In this document: in pieces, positions 20,027 through 29,535 of the stretch
How the letters are laid out: the number at the start of each line of letters is the position of its first letter
Position numbering within the stretch: the first letter of the stretch is position 1
Origin: a virus
Lineage: Duplodnaviria > Caudoviricetes
Reading direction: 5' to 3' (one strand)
IMG/VR virus record: IMGVR_UViG_3300014208_000026
Span: 64,001 to 128,000 of that record
Length of the DNA: 64,000 bases
Translations under genes and position numbers: made by a program
The notes under the pieces: generated by a model
The model's database searches: none
What the model saw: the letters and a program-made list of their open reading frames with translations, nothing else
What the model was told of the DNA's origin: nothing

Positions 20027-20787
20027 ATCACGCTACATCAGTTGCTTTGATGAAGTTCCTTTCAGGGGTCGCTAGGAGACTCGGAGTGGGAAATGACACA
20101 TATATTGTGGGAGGAGCTGTGCGTAATTTTACGCTTGATCCAACAGGACTCAAGTATCCGATCAAAGATTTGGATATTGTAATAGATCCGGTATCTGTAG
20201 GCAGAAAAGATGCTTCTGATTGGTTTGCAAAGCAATTGTCTGAGAACATACCAGCAGAAACCAAGATCGTTACGAATAATTATGGAGTTGCGATATTGTC
20301 GGTAGTTGGGGAATGGGTTCTTGATGGGCAATCTATGCGCGGAGAGGTCATTGAGATTGCTAATGCTCGAAAAGAGAGTTATGGGGGTGGGGATAGTGAA
20401 AAGGATTCGGGAAAAGGATATAAACCTCATATGGTTGAACCAGCGACTATATATGAAGATATAAAAAGAAGAGAGTTCACCATGAATTATCTCCTCTGGC
20501 GTTTGTATGATCTTGCAGATGGTCCAGACAAAGCTGAGATATTGGATCTTGGGGGTTGTGGACTAAGGGATCTTAAAGAAGGTGTGTTGCGTTGCCCCTC
20601 CGATCCGGACAAGACTTTTTCCGATGATCCTAGTAGGCTTTTGAGGCTTTGTAGGTTCTCTGTGAAATACGGCTTTAAGATACCTCCTGAAATAGTAGAG
20701 TCTGCTAGAAGAAATGCGCATAAACTCAAGAACATACCTCCTAGTGCTCTTTCCAATTTACTCATTAAAATACTAGAGGGAAAATAG
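20023..20787 (+). CDS. cca: Class II tRNA nucleotidyltransferase (CCA/poly(A) polymerase family), N-terminal catalytic part of a split gene
   Basis: YIVGGAVRN, KDLDI (DxD), EIANARKESY, DIKRREFTMN, GLRDLKEGVLR, FSDDPSRLLRLCRF. ATG 20023 overlaps the upstream TGA. Confidence 0.85.
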   Translation: MNHATSVALMKFLSGVARRLGVGNDTYIVGGAVRNFTLDPTGLKYPIKDLDIVIDPVSVGRKDASDWFAKQLSENIPAETKIVTNNYGVAILSVVGEWVLDGQSMRGEVIEIANARKESYGGGDSEKDSGKGYKPHMVEPATIYEDIKRREFTMNYLLWRLYDLADGPDKAEILDLGGCGLRDLKEGVLRCPSDPDKTFSDDPSRLLRLCRFSVKYGFKIPPEIVESARRNAHKLKNIPPSALSNLLIKILEGK

Positions 20788-21822
20788 ATGCCTGCTTCAC
20801 CTGAAAAAAGATGGACTGAAGAACAAGACAGCACCCTGCGTGAAGGTTGGGCTGGTGGCGTTTCCGCAGAGGATCTCGCGTTGAAGTTGTTAAGAACGGA
20901 AACATCTATTCGCGGACGAGTTGCGATACTGGGAGTGCGGAGGAGTCCGGGATATATTTCTTCTATTCGTTCAAGTCTGAGTGTTGGTAAGCGTTTTAGT
21001 TGGACGGAAGAAGAGGAGAATATGCTACGTGTCTTTTACGAGGAGCAAGGGCTGTCTTACGAGGAGGTGGCTGTTAAATTACCTGTTGCTAAGACCTATA
21101 CTGCAATCCGGATGAAAGTACGGAAACTAGGGCTTCACCACACTAAAGAACAGTTTCTAGCAGTTTGTAGTCGTATGTCTATGGGGGACAGAAATGGCAT
21201 GTACGGAAAACCCGGGATTAATCTAGGGAAATCTCCTTCGGAAGAAACACGGAATAAGATAAGAGAGAACAAGCTGGAGGGTTTTGCTTCTGGGAGGCTA
21301 CATGGCATGGTTGGCCCTCTTAATCCTGCATTTGGTAAACCCAGCTCTATGCGCGGTAAACATCTTCCGGATTCTGCAAAGCAGACTCTTAGCCAGAAAG
21401 CCCGTGTCCGGTGGTTGGATAGGTCTGAGCAATATAAGTCAGACCATTTGTTAAAGATGCGTAAAGGCTGGATAACCTGGGCTATGAGAACGGAGGAAAA
21501 CAGAACTTGGATTGAGAAACTGGTAGCAATATGGCTGCAAGAAGAGGCTCTGGCATTTACGGAGCAGACACAGGTCGGTTTCTATATTGTGGATTTCCTA
21601 GTCGGTAATAAGGTGATCGAAACGCAAGGCGACTACTGGCATGCCAATCCTTCTGTTTACAGTCAGTTGGACTCCACGCAGAAATCAAATGTACGGAGAG
21701 ACAAGGCCAAAGCAACTTACCTGAAAAATCGAGGTTTCGGATTTCTGTCTTTGTGGGAGTTAGACCTGAAAAAGAATCCCGAGGGCTGTCGAAATCTACT
21801 ACGGGAGTTCTTAGCCTCATGA
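20788..21822 (+). mobile_element. Free-standing homing endonuclease (Myb/NUMOD3-like repeats plus Vsr/DUF559-like nuclease) inserted in cca
   Basis: WTEEQD/WTEEEE repeats; NGMYGK/NPAFGK..SEETR NUMOD3-like motifs; YIVDF..IETQGDYWHAN..RRDKAK..GFGFLSLWE. Confidence 0.8.
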
Positions 21823-23939
21823 ATACAACTGCTGCAAAAAAAGCCCTGCTCGAAATGCAAAGGCTTGGTCTGCTCGAAGTCATCAAGGAGATCGTCCAGG
21901 AGAACAAGGCGTTCCGGAACGCCCTTGGGAACTGGTCCGAGAAGACGGACCTGACGTTCTTGTTCGACCTCATGGATCTTGGTATGCCGGTAGGACGCGG
22001 GCTCTCTTTCCTCAGCAAGCCGGAGCAGGAGAGGGTTCGAGAAATCACCGTCGATATGGACGCCGCTGAAGGCCGCAAGTTCGTGACCATTCTGGAGCAG
22101 CCCGGACAGGTTATCAGCACTCCAGCTCTCATGGAAGAGTTCAATCTGAAAGGCCCCCAGGTTCGGCAAATCATGTTGACCGCGAGGGCTCTGTTGCTTG
22201 ACCGTCCAGAGTTGGCTCAGGACGCTGCAAAGTGGGAAGGGTTGGTTCGGGACCAGTTGCGGCAGGTTTTGAAGACCGCAGCGTGGGCCCCCTCAAAGAC
22301 CCCTCTTCGCAGAAGTGGCATATCCCGTTCATGGGATGCTTTCGCCAAATCCCATCGCAAGAACTTCTGGTATCTGCCCTATACCGTGGCCGCGAACGGG
22401 GAGATGATCGAAGATCAGTTGAAGCGTATGTACGTGCGGTACTGGACGGAGGACCCTACCACTGCGGACGTTACGTTGGGGGTGTTCCTACGGGGACACG
22501 AAGAGTTCCTGCGTAAGCGTGGAGAGGCAAACCAGAGGGCTCTGGACAACGCAGGCGATCAAGAGGCCCTGTTGGGCCGCTTGATGGCCGGAACGGCCTC
22601 TGCAGAAGATGTACGCGAGATCGGCAAGCTGTGGTCGAAAGACAACGTGTACACCTCCGATACCCGCAGAGCAAAAGATACGGTCAAGCGTAGAATACTT
22701 GAGCTGGCTCGACGACACCATTGGATGTCCGGTTACGGGGTGGACAAGCGGGTTACGAAGTACCCGTACATTTTGTACGTCGACACGCCCTTTGGTCAGG
22801 TGGCTTTCCACGAACAGTTGCCCTCTGTGCATCGGGAATATCCTGGGGAGTGGGACCGGAAACACGCAACGTGGGAAAGGGCCGCTAAGGTCTTGGAACG
22901 GTACGGGTTGAAAGACGGCGGCGGGGGAGCAACGATGGAGAGTAGAGTCGCATCGAGGTATCTGCAAGGCGGTGTGGGGATGGATAAGCAAAGTTCGGTT
23001 CGGCAGGCTCTTTTACATGTGACCGGTTCCCCCTCAATCACCCCCTGCCCCAAGAAACCCGACCGAGTGTGGACGATCCTGCGGGATAAGCACCCTCGAT
23101 TGCCGTTCACTCCGATCTTTGAAGTGAATGCGTTCCCCGAAGACCAGATTCATGACTGGAAGTGGTCTCAGGGGAACCTCCGGTATTTCAGCAGGATCAC
23201 TACCGAGAATCAGCCCCGGTGGTTGCTTTTGGAGTTCGGGAAGGAAGAACCGAAGATGTGCCCGAAGTGCGACAAGGATTTCCCCGCTGGTTCGAACTTC
23301 TGCCCCGATTGTGGGGTAAAGCTGGTAAGCAAAGTTGCATCGAGATACTTGTGCACAGCAGCGGCAGAAGAGGTCGTCGACTCCAACCTCAAGGGTGTCG
23401 TCGAGGTTCCCAGGAACACGTTCCCTGTGGAGGTTCTCCCTCCCAAGAAGAAGCGGAAAAAATGGCCCTTCGAAGGGTTCATTGATTTCCAGGGGTTGGA
23501 GATCGACGTAGAGAACGACAAGGGATCGGTGCGGAGCGGGGTGTCAGAAGATGGAACCCCGTGGGCTGTCGAAATGTTCTGGCCGTACGGTGAGATCAGA
23601 GGGACAGAAGGGGTCGACGCTCCTGACGCCTTGGATGCATACGTAGGCCCCAACCACGATTCCTCTCTTGTCGTGGTTATTCACCAGCATGACCCAGACA
23701 CGGGAAAGTACGACGAGGACAAGGTCATGCTGGGGTTCGACTCTACTGAGGAAGCGATCGGGGCGTACAAGAAACAGTACAGCAAGCCTGGGTTCTATGT
23801 AGAAGGTGAGTATACCGAAATGCCCATTGGGCAGTTCTGGCGGTGGGTGCATGATGACAAGAACAGGGGCAAGAAAGTGAAGGCTCGGGTTCAAAGAATC
23901 GCCTCTAGGTGGTTGAGGGAGGATTCTTTTGCAGAGTAG
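21819..23939 (+). CDS. Polyprotein: CCA C-terminal helical part, unknown domains, zinc ribbon and inorganic pyrophosphatase-like domain
   Basis: AKKALLEMQRLGLLEVI continues the CCA fold; CPKC..CPDC; FQGLEIDVEN..YGEI..DALDAYVG..DEDKVMLGF; three RVAS-type tags. ATG 21819 overlaps the endonuclease stop. Confidence 0.75.
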   Translation: MNTTAAKKALLEMQRLGLLEVIKEIVQENKAFRNALGNWSEKTDLTFLFDLMDLGMPVGRGLSFLSKPEQERVREITVDMDAAEGRKFVTILEQPGQVISTPALMEEFNLKGPQVRQIMLTARALLLDRPELAQDAAKWEGLVRDQLRQVLKTAAWAPSKTPLRRSGISRSWDAFAKSHRKNFWYLPYTVAANGEMIEDQLKRMYVRYWTEDPTTADVTLGVFLRGHEEFLRKRGEANQRALDNAGDQEALLGRLMAGTASAEDVREIGKLWSKDNVYTSDTRRAKDTVKRRILELARRHHWMSGYGVDKRVTKYPYILYVDTPFGQVAFHEQLPSVHREYPGEWDRKHATWERAAKVLERYGLKDGGGGATMESRVASRYLQGGVGMDKQSSVRQALLHVTGSPSITPCPKKPDRVWTILRDKHPRLPFTPIFEVNAFPEDQIHDWKWSQGNLRYFSRITTENQPRWLLLEFGKEEPKMCPKCDKDFPAGSNFCPDCGVKLVSKVASRYLCTAAAEEVVDSNLKGVVEVPRNTFPVEVLPPKKKRKKWPFEGFIDFQGLEIDVENDKGSVRSGVSEDGTPWAVEMFWPYGEIRGTEGVDAPDALDAYVGPNHDSSLVVVIHQHDPDTGKYDEDKVMLGFDSTEEAIGAYKKQYSKPGFYVEGEYTEMPIGQFWRWVHDDKNRGKKVKARVQRIASRWLREDSFAE

Positions 23940-26904
23940 CGCCCACAAGAGGGTCATAGGAGGGATACGTACAGCAGCTTTCTGCCACCTCGGCCCTCTC
24001 TATCATGGAACCAAGGATCCCGAAGGGCTCCTGGAAGCCCAGACCTTTGATTGGAGCCGGTTGCAGTCTCGGGATTCGGGTTTCTTCGGGAACGGCTTTT
24101 ACCTCGCAGACAGTCCGCAACATGCTCGATCCTATGGGGGGACGGTCTTGGAAGTGGCCCTGAAGCCCTCGGCCAAGATCCTGTGCGCCATGGAGCCTGG
24201 AGTCTTCTCTGGAATGACCCCCACGAAGTCTCCCTCTTACCAGGAGGAATTCGCTGTTTTCATGACCGGACGGATTGTGAAGCATCGGGGGGATATAGAA
24301 AAGGCCAAGAAAATCGTAGAGGGGGAGTACACCCCGGGAGGCACTTCTTTCGACTCCATTGGTTGGAAAAAAGATATCACAATGTGGGTACGGGACGAGA
24401 AGGTGGCCGATGCTATCAATTGGGGGTCTGAGACAATTGTCCTGAACCCCCAAGCTATCGCCAGCATCCGACGAATCCGGTACCGTAAGACTCAAGCAAG
24501 TGCGGCTGACGGCATCAAGACCGGCAAAGGCAAAGGGGTCGGTTTCTTCATCCCGCTCCCGTTAGATGAAGCCGCCAAGTTCCCCTCTCTCGGAGACCAG
24601 GATAAAAGCCCGAGCCACGTTACCTTTTTATACGTTGGTGACGTAACTCCCGAGGAGGAGCCAAAACTGCTGAGTGTCGCTCGCAACGTGTTCCGCTCTT
24701 TCGCCAGGGGTCCTGTGAGAGCCCATTCCCTGCCCGTGGAATACTTTGTCCATCCGGCCATGGGGCGTCGGGTAGCTGTCGTACCTTGGCAGTTCGACAA
24801 GGATCTGGCCGGACTCCGCTGGAAGCTGCGGGATGCTCTACAGGACGCGGGTTTCAAGGTAGAGGACAGTTTTCCTCTTGTATACCGTCCCCACACGACT
24901 CTCCGGTATTGTGAGAGCCTCCAGGAGGAGTACAAAGGCTCAGTGCCAGTTGCGGGCTGGTCTTTCGACGCGGTTGAGATTTGGGGCCTGCCATATTTGT
25001 ACCGGATTCCGTTTGGGGAAGGTTGTTCAGTGAGGGTTGCCGGAGCCCCCCTGTCCTTTGCTCCTGCGGAGGACAAGAGAGGCAAGCCCCTCTCCCCTGG
25101 GGACTATGTGCAGCTTCGAGGTCGGGACGGATGGGTGGCAATTAGCCCCAACGTCCAGGGGTTCTATTACCTCGACGAAGAAAATACGGGGATGGCACCT
25201 CAACTTGTTATCGTGACAACGGATTGGAAGGGGGCTGTTAAAACCTCTGAGGTTGTCAAGACGCAGACCGTCAGGATGTCCGCGTATAAAGATCCTCCCG
25301 AGGACGTGGCTCGGGTTCTGCAGACGCTTAGGGTAAAAGTCTCCCGTACTGCTCAGTGTGGGGGATTGGCTTCGAGAGTAGCCAGCCGATTCCTGGAGGC
25401 TTCCAAGAGTCTCCCCATGAAAGGGCGTCGTTACGGATTCTTCATCTACGGGGACAAGACCGGGGCCTGGGAGTTGGGAGATAGTGCTCGCTGGGGAGGG
25501 TTGGAAGACGGAGCGTGGCAGGCTATCCCGAGCTTCTCTTCGAAGAACGAGTGGCGCAACCTGTCTGTAGAGGGGGCTACTGAGCATCACCCTGGATTCT
25601 TGAAGGCTCTCAGGGAGATGGTTCGAGAGTATCCCGAAATGACAGATTGGTGGGTCCAGTTCGACGGGCCTTGGATTGAAGTACGGGACTTGGTAGGAAG
25701 CGGCTCCGTTTCTCCCAAGTTCAATTGGGAGTCCCTCAAGCTATACCACGGCACCAGCATGGCGGCTTGGGAGAAGATCCAAAAGCAAGGGCTCCTCCCT
25801 CGCAATCTGAGCGGGATGGGGCCTTCGTATGGGACGCTATCGCAGGCAGGGGAAGGGCATAAAGACGCTGTGTACCTCACGACCCAGATTGGCACTGCTA
25901 GAATGGCCGCCAGAGACGCGGCTCGCGTCACAAAGAGTAAGCCTATAGTTTTGCAGATAAGGGGGCTGGATGCGGAGTTCGTGGTTGCCGACGAGGATAG
26001 CCATTCGGCCAACCCTGAAGTGAGCCTCCAGACCTTGGGTTCTGTGGCTTACGTAGCCCCGATTCCTGCAAGTAGGGTGGAAATGTTCGAGTATTTAGTG
26101 GACAGCGGGTGGACTAAAACCGCTCGTTTCGATCCCGAACTGGAGGGGTTGGGCGGGTTGCTTCGGGGAGAACCGACCACTCTGTACCACGGGACCACAC
26201 GGCAGTTCAAGAAGTTCGACTTGTCCAAGTCCCGTACGGAGTTGGTGAATGATTTCTACGGGGCTGGCATTTTCCTGACTCCTTCTCAGAGTGTTGCTTG
26301 GGATTACGCCGAGGCCAATAGAAACATTGGATTACCGTCGTCGATTGTGCAGGAACTCAAGAGGAAGAATCCCGTTGCGGGGGATTTCTTGGAAGCTCTG
26401 GTCAAGCACGGGGATGCTGCTTGGGATATAAAGTTGCCTAGCGGGCGCACTTGGGCACAGTCCTTCGCCAGCGACGAGCTAGAGGCGGGGGTCGATCCGA
26501 ACAGCATCAGTGACATTGCGCAGTACGTCGAGGGCAGCAAGGTTCATCCGTTGGCCGACCAGACCGGTTTTGTTAATATCTTCAGTACCTCTACAGGAGC
26601 CCCTGAGTGGCTGTACGACCTGTTGGCAGAGGTGGGCCTGGACGACAAAAAGTACCGTCCCAAGGTCTACGCAGTATCTGTGAAGGTAGACAAGGTGTTG
26701 GTGACAGCCAAGGAGAGTGAGGCTAAGAAGGCCCACAGTCGGGGTTACGATGCGGTGATATTCCACGGGTCCAGGCTGGTGGGCGGAGTACCCGAGGTTG
26801 CAGTTTTCGACCCGAGCAAGGTTCGTATCCTGAATGTTCGTACGGGGTCCTTGGTTCAACGAGTTGCCTCCCGATACTGTGAAGGGGGTCTGAGTGGGAA
26901 GTAG
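23929..26904 (+). CDS. Polyvalent protein: three ADP-ribosyltransferase-fold domains (one Tpt1/KptA-like), a 2H phosphoesterase and an SH3-like domain
   Basis: LYHGT at ~23998, 25741 and 26182 with GFYLA, AVYLT and GIFLT strands; 2H motifs SHVT (24616) and PHTT (24892). Confidence 0.75.
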   Translation: MQSSAHKRVIGGIRTAAFCHLGPLYHGTKDPEGLLEAQTFDWSRLQSRDSGFFGNGFYLADSPQHARSYGGTVLEVALKPSAKILCAMEPGVFSGMTPTKSPSYQEEFAVFMTGRIVKHRGDIEKAKKIVEGEYTPGGTSFDSIGWKKDITMWVRDEKVADAINWGSETIVLNPQAIASIRRIRYRKTQASAADGIKTGKGKGVGFFIPLPLDEAAKFPSLGDQDKSPSHVTFLYVGDVTPEEEPKLLSVARNVFRSFARGPVRAHSLPVEYFVHPAMGRRVAVVPWQFDKDLAGLRWKLRDALQDAGFKVEDSFPLVYRPHTTLRYCESLQEEYKGSVPVAGWSFDAVEIWGLPYLYRIPFGEGCSVRVAGAPLSFAPAEDKRGKPLSPGDYVQLRGRDGWVAISPNVQGFYYLDEENTGMAPQLVIVTTDWKGAVKTSEVVKTQTVRMSAYKDPPEDVARVLQTLRVKVSRTAQCGGLASRVASRFLEASKSLPMKGRRYGFFIYGDKTGAWELGDSARWGGLEDGAWQAIPSFSSKNEWRNLSVEGATEHHPGFLKALREMVREYPEMTDWWVQFDGPWIEVRDLVGSGSVSPKFNWESLKLYHGTSMAAWEKIQKQGLLPRNLSGMGPSYGTLSQAGEGHKDAVYLTTQIGTARMAARDAARVTKSKPIVLQIRGLDAEFVVADEDSHSANPEVSLQTLGSVAYVAPIPASRVEMFEYLVDSGWTKTARFDPELEGLGGLLRGEPTTLYHGTTRQFKKFDLSKSRTELVNDFYGAGIFLTPSQSVAWDYAEANRNIGLPSSIVQELKRKNPVAGDFLEALVKHGDAAWDIKLPSGRTWAQSFASDELEAGVDPNSISDIAQYVEGSKVHPLADQTGFVNIFSTSTGAPEWLYDLLAEVGLDDKKYRPKVYAVSVKVDKVLVTAKESEAKKAHSRGYDAVIFHGSRLVGGVPEVAVFDPSKVRILNVRTGSLVQRVASRYCEGGLSGK

Positions 26905-28030
26905 AGACCTACAGGCTTCGTTGGTCTTATACCACGGCACCTCTGGAGGTTTTGGGGATCTGGACCCGGACAAGAGCGGTCTAGGGACACATTTCGGTAG
27001 TTACCGTGCGGCCACCCGGCGTTTGCGGGGGCTGAAAAACGTGCAGGGGCCGCATCCGGTTGAGGTCCGAAGGTACAAGATCCTTTCTTCGAACCCCCTG
27101 CTTCTGGATGACGTCGGGGCTTGGGACAGTCTGCCGGATGTCGAGCACGCTCTCATCAAGGTTGGGGTCATGCCCTTGGAAGAGCTTCCCAATAGCCGTC
27201 AGTTGAATGGGTCTGCTGCATGGGAACACCTTCGGGATTTGATTGAATCCGCAGGTTACGATTCCGTGGTCTACGCCAATCGGCTTGAGGACCGTGGTTC
27301 TCTGTCCTACATTGTCTGGGACCGTTCTATGGTGCAGAGACTCCCTGACGCCAAGATTCCCAAGCACCTGAAGACCGCTTCTGGCACGGTCCCCATTCTC
27401 GTCCTCCCAGCCGAAACAGTGAAGTACCGGAAAAAGTTTCCCGGATTCAAAGACACTCTGATCGTGGGCAAGTTCCTAGCGTCGGTCTCCCTATATCGGA
27501 TTTTCGACTTCGATGAGTTCCTCGGTTTGATGTACCGCTTTAACTCCGATATCAAAGGTGGTACCTTTGCGATTCCTGCTGAGAGAACTTTCGGGGCGTC
27601 CTGGAGCGGTAGTTTGCAGGATGCTTTGGACTTCGGGACTGGTTGGAAATCTCGGGGTAGATTAAAGGGGCAACTCTACATTGCAGAGATTGACGGGAAT
27701 GGCAAGACTTTCAGCCATCTGGCTCCCAACATCGATCCTATTTTTGACGGGTTTGCTCTCGATAATGCTTTTCAATCTAACATGCACGTTGATAGCTGTC
27801 GTGGTGAGTTGGGTTGCTCTGTAGTCCACGTTCGTCCCTCCAAGGTGAAGACGTGGTATAGGGTGGACGAGAGCGGGCACCCTGAGAAAGTTTCTGTCCA
27901 GGAGTTGCAGGCGGAATTCAAGGAATGGGAAGAGAACCGGAAGAAGGAGTACATGACGGCCTCTGCGGACAAAACCGCAGCGACGCTCACGAAAGCTTGG
28001 ATCATGTCTGTCCGGCGAGGTTGGAAGTAG
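26894..28030 (+). CDS. Polyvalent protein with two ADP-ribosyltransferase-like domains
   Basis: LYHGT..GTHFG..AGYDSVVY..E; after a KTAS linker, SLYR..ASWSGSLQDALDF. Confidence 0.6.
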   Translation: MGSRDLQASLVLYHGTSGGFGDLDPDKSGLGTHFGSYRAATRRLRGLKNVQGPHPVEVRRYKILSSNPLLLDDVGAWDSLPDVEHALIKVGVMPLEELPNSRQLNGSAAWEHLRDLIESAGYDSVVYANRLEDRGSLSYIVWDRSMVQRLPDAKIPKHLKTASGTVPILVLPAETVKYRKKFPGFKDTLIVGKFLASVSLYRIFDFDEFLGLMYRFNSDIKGGTFAIPAERTFGASWSGSLQDALDFGTGWKSRGRLKGQLYIAEIDGNGKTFSHLAPNIDPIFDGFALDNAFQSNMHVDSCRGELGCSVVHVRPSKVKTWYRVDESGHPEKVSVQELQAEFKEWEENRKKEYMTASADKTAATLTKAWIMSVRRGWK

Positions 28031-29323
28031 TTACGGGTAGCATAGACTTTTATCCAAGCTACACATTTCTTGGGTATCAGGGACTACATGCTCCTGACCG
28101 ATCTCCGCCCAATAAAATCCACGTCTATTGTCCAAAGATCGCCAGCCTTCCCCCAGAGGGGTTAGGTTCAGGCTAATATTCCGGGAGGCGTTCAAGTCAG
28201 CATTTGCGGCGAAGCCGCATTTCTTGCACTTGAACATCTCTCCTTTTCTATTAGCCTTCTGGACCCATCCACAACACGAACATCTCTGGCTCGTAAAAGC
28301 TGGGGGGACTTTAATGATCTGGACACCAGTGTCTTCACAAAGTCTACCCAGCTTACCAAAGATCTCCGTATATGTCCAACTCCTCATGGACTTGGACGTT
28401 CTCACGCCTAATCTAAGATTCTTGATCGCCTCGATCTTAAGTGTTTTTACTCCCCGTAGGTTTAGCTGGTTCAACGACCAGTTGATGTAGTTGGTCCTGT
28501 GGGCTTGAGCCCTCGCGAAAGCTTTAGACCCCTTCTTCTTATGGTTCATCTCAGCGATGATCTTGGGCAGGGTCCAACCATGCACGTCTTCCTGGGACTG
28601 AACCCCGTCGCTCGAAGAGAACACTTTCTTATAACCTATATCCACCCCAACTGTTGTTCCCTGAGATACGGGTTCGGGTTTGGGAATAGAAAATACACAC
28701 GTTACAGAGTTTGAGTTTAGTCTAAGCCCAGGTCTGATCTCACCTCTGGACTTCATCTCGTTAAAGTGCTTAGTTAGTTTGATCGGGAACACGATCTTTA
28801 GGGAGTGGTCCCAACCAGGAGGAGTACCTAAACAGGTTAGATTTACATAAGCATCGAACGAGGTCTCGGACTCCCAGTCGATCTTGACGAATCTTGAGTC
28901 CAGTTGGGGATTCATGTTCTTGAGATCCGGCTTGGACATTTTGGTCTTATCTATGACCTTCTTGAGCTTCTGGGCTTGTTTGGTCTTACCCTCAGCTAAA
29001 AGTTTAGCATAGACGAACTCACGCCTTTTCTGCTTTTCACGAGTTCCTCTCACGATCCCAGAAGCCTGTTTAGCTGCGGCTTGGACAGCACGAGCCGAGA
29101 GCCAAGTCTGGGTCGAGACTTGATCTGTAAAGTTTTTCGAAAACAACCTCTGGATCTCAGCGTCCTCTCCGAGAGTCCAGAGAGGGTCGACGAACAGAGC
29201 GGTTACTCGCCAGTACTCTTCAGTAAAGAGATCGATGAGATCTCGTTTTCCTGGGTTGGTGAATTTGAGGGACAGTTTAGAGGACCGGATCAGGGAGTAT
29301 TTGTCTTTCTTGGATCGAGCCAT
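28031..29323 (-). CDS. tnpB: TnpB-like RNA-guided endonuclease (IS200/IS605/IS607 superfamily), no tnpA
   Basis: RuvC-I VGVDIG, RuvC-II KIE, TSQRCSCCG..FKCKKCG zinc finger, NADLNAS RuvC-III. Confidence 0.88.
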   Translation of the reverse strand: MARSKKDKYSLIRSSKLSLKFTNPGKRDLIDLFTEEYWRVTALFVDPLWTLGEDAEIQRLFSKNFTDQVSTQTWLSARAVQAAAKQASGIVRGTREKQKRREFVYAKLLAEGKTKQAQKLKKVIDKTKMSKPDLKNMNPQLDSRFVKIDWESETSFDAYVNLTCLGTPPGWDHSLKIVFPIKLTKHFNEMKSRGEIRPGLRLNSNSVTCVFSIPKPEPVSQGTTVGVDIGYKKVFSSSDGVQSQEDVHGWTLPKIIAEMNHKKKGSKAFARAQAHRTNYINWSLNQLNLRGVKTLKIEAIKNLRLGVRTSKSMRSWTYTEIFGKLGRLCEDTGVQIIKVPPAFTSQRCSCCGWVQKANRKGEMFKCKKCGFAANADLNASRNISLNLTPLGEGWRSLDNRRGFYWAEIGQEHVVPDTQEMCSLDKSLCYP

Positions 29324-29360
29324 CGGGTCCTGGACTCCTTCAGTTCCTTCGGAAAACCGG

Positions 29361-29389
29361 TTGACAAAAAATCCATCCCTGTCTATAGT
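29361..29389 (+). promoter_or_regulatory. Sigma70-type promoter
   Basis: TTGACA (29361-66), 17-nt spacer, TATAGT (29384-89). Confidence 0.55.
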
Positions 29390-29404
29390 ACCCTATAGAC
29401 AGGG
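29377..29404. repeat. Perfect 12-bp inverted repeat (possible IS end hairpin or operator)
   Basis: CCCTGTCTATAG-TACC-CTATAGACAGGG. Confidence 0.85.
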
Positions 29405-29412
29405 TATTGGAA

Positions 29413-29459
29413 CACGATACTTTAGTAAACTCACGATACTCTGGTAAACCAGAGTAAAC
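29413..29459 (+). repeat. Short direct repeats
   Basis: CACGATACTTTAGTAAAC / CACGATACTCTGGTAAAC / partial AGAGTAAAC. Confidence 0.7.
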
Positions 29460-29490
29460 TGCCTACACTTCTTTCAAACCCGCTAAGTTC

Positions 29491-29511
29491 CCTATAGCCT
29501 CGCTATGGTTA
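29491..29511 (+). promoter_or_regulatory. Putative late promoter
   Basis: CCTATAG-N10-GTTA upstream of 29536. Confidence 0.35.
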
Positions 29512-29535
29512 GGAGCCTATCTAAGGGACTGCCTT

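Noticed and set aside
20700-21900. Group I intron explanation for the cca interruption
   Set aside because: No non-coding space or recognisable P7/catalytic core; both sides have their own stop and start. Not fully excluded.
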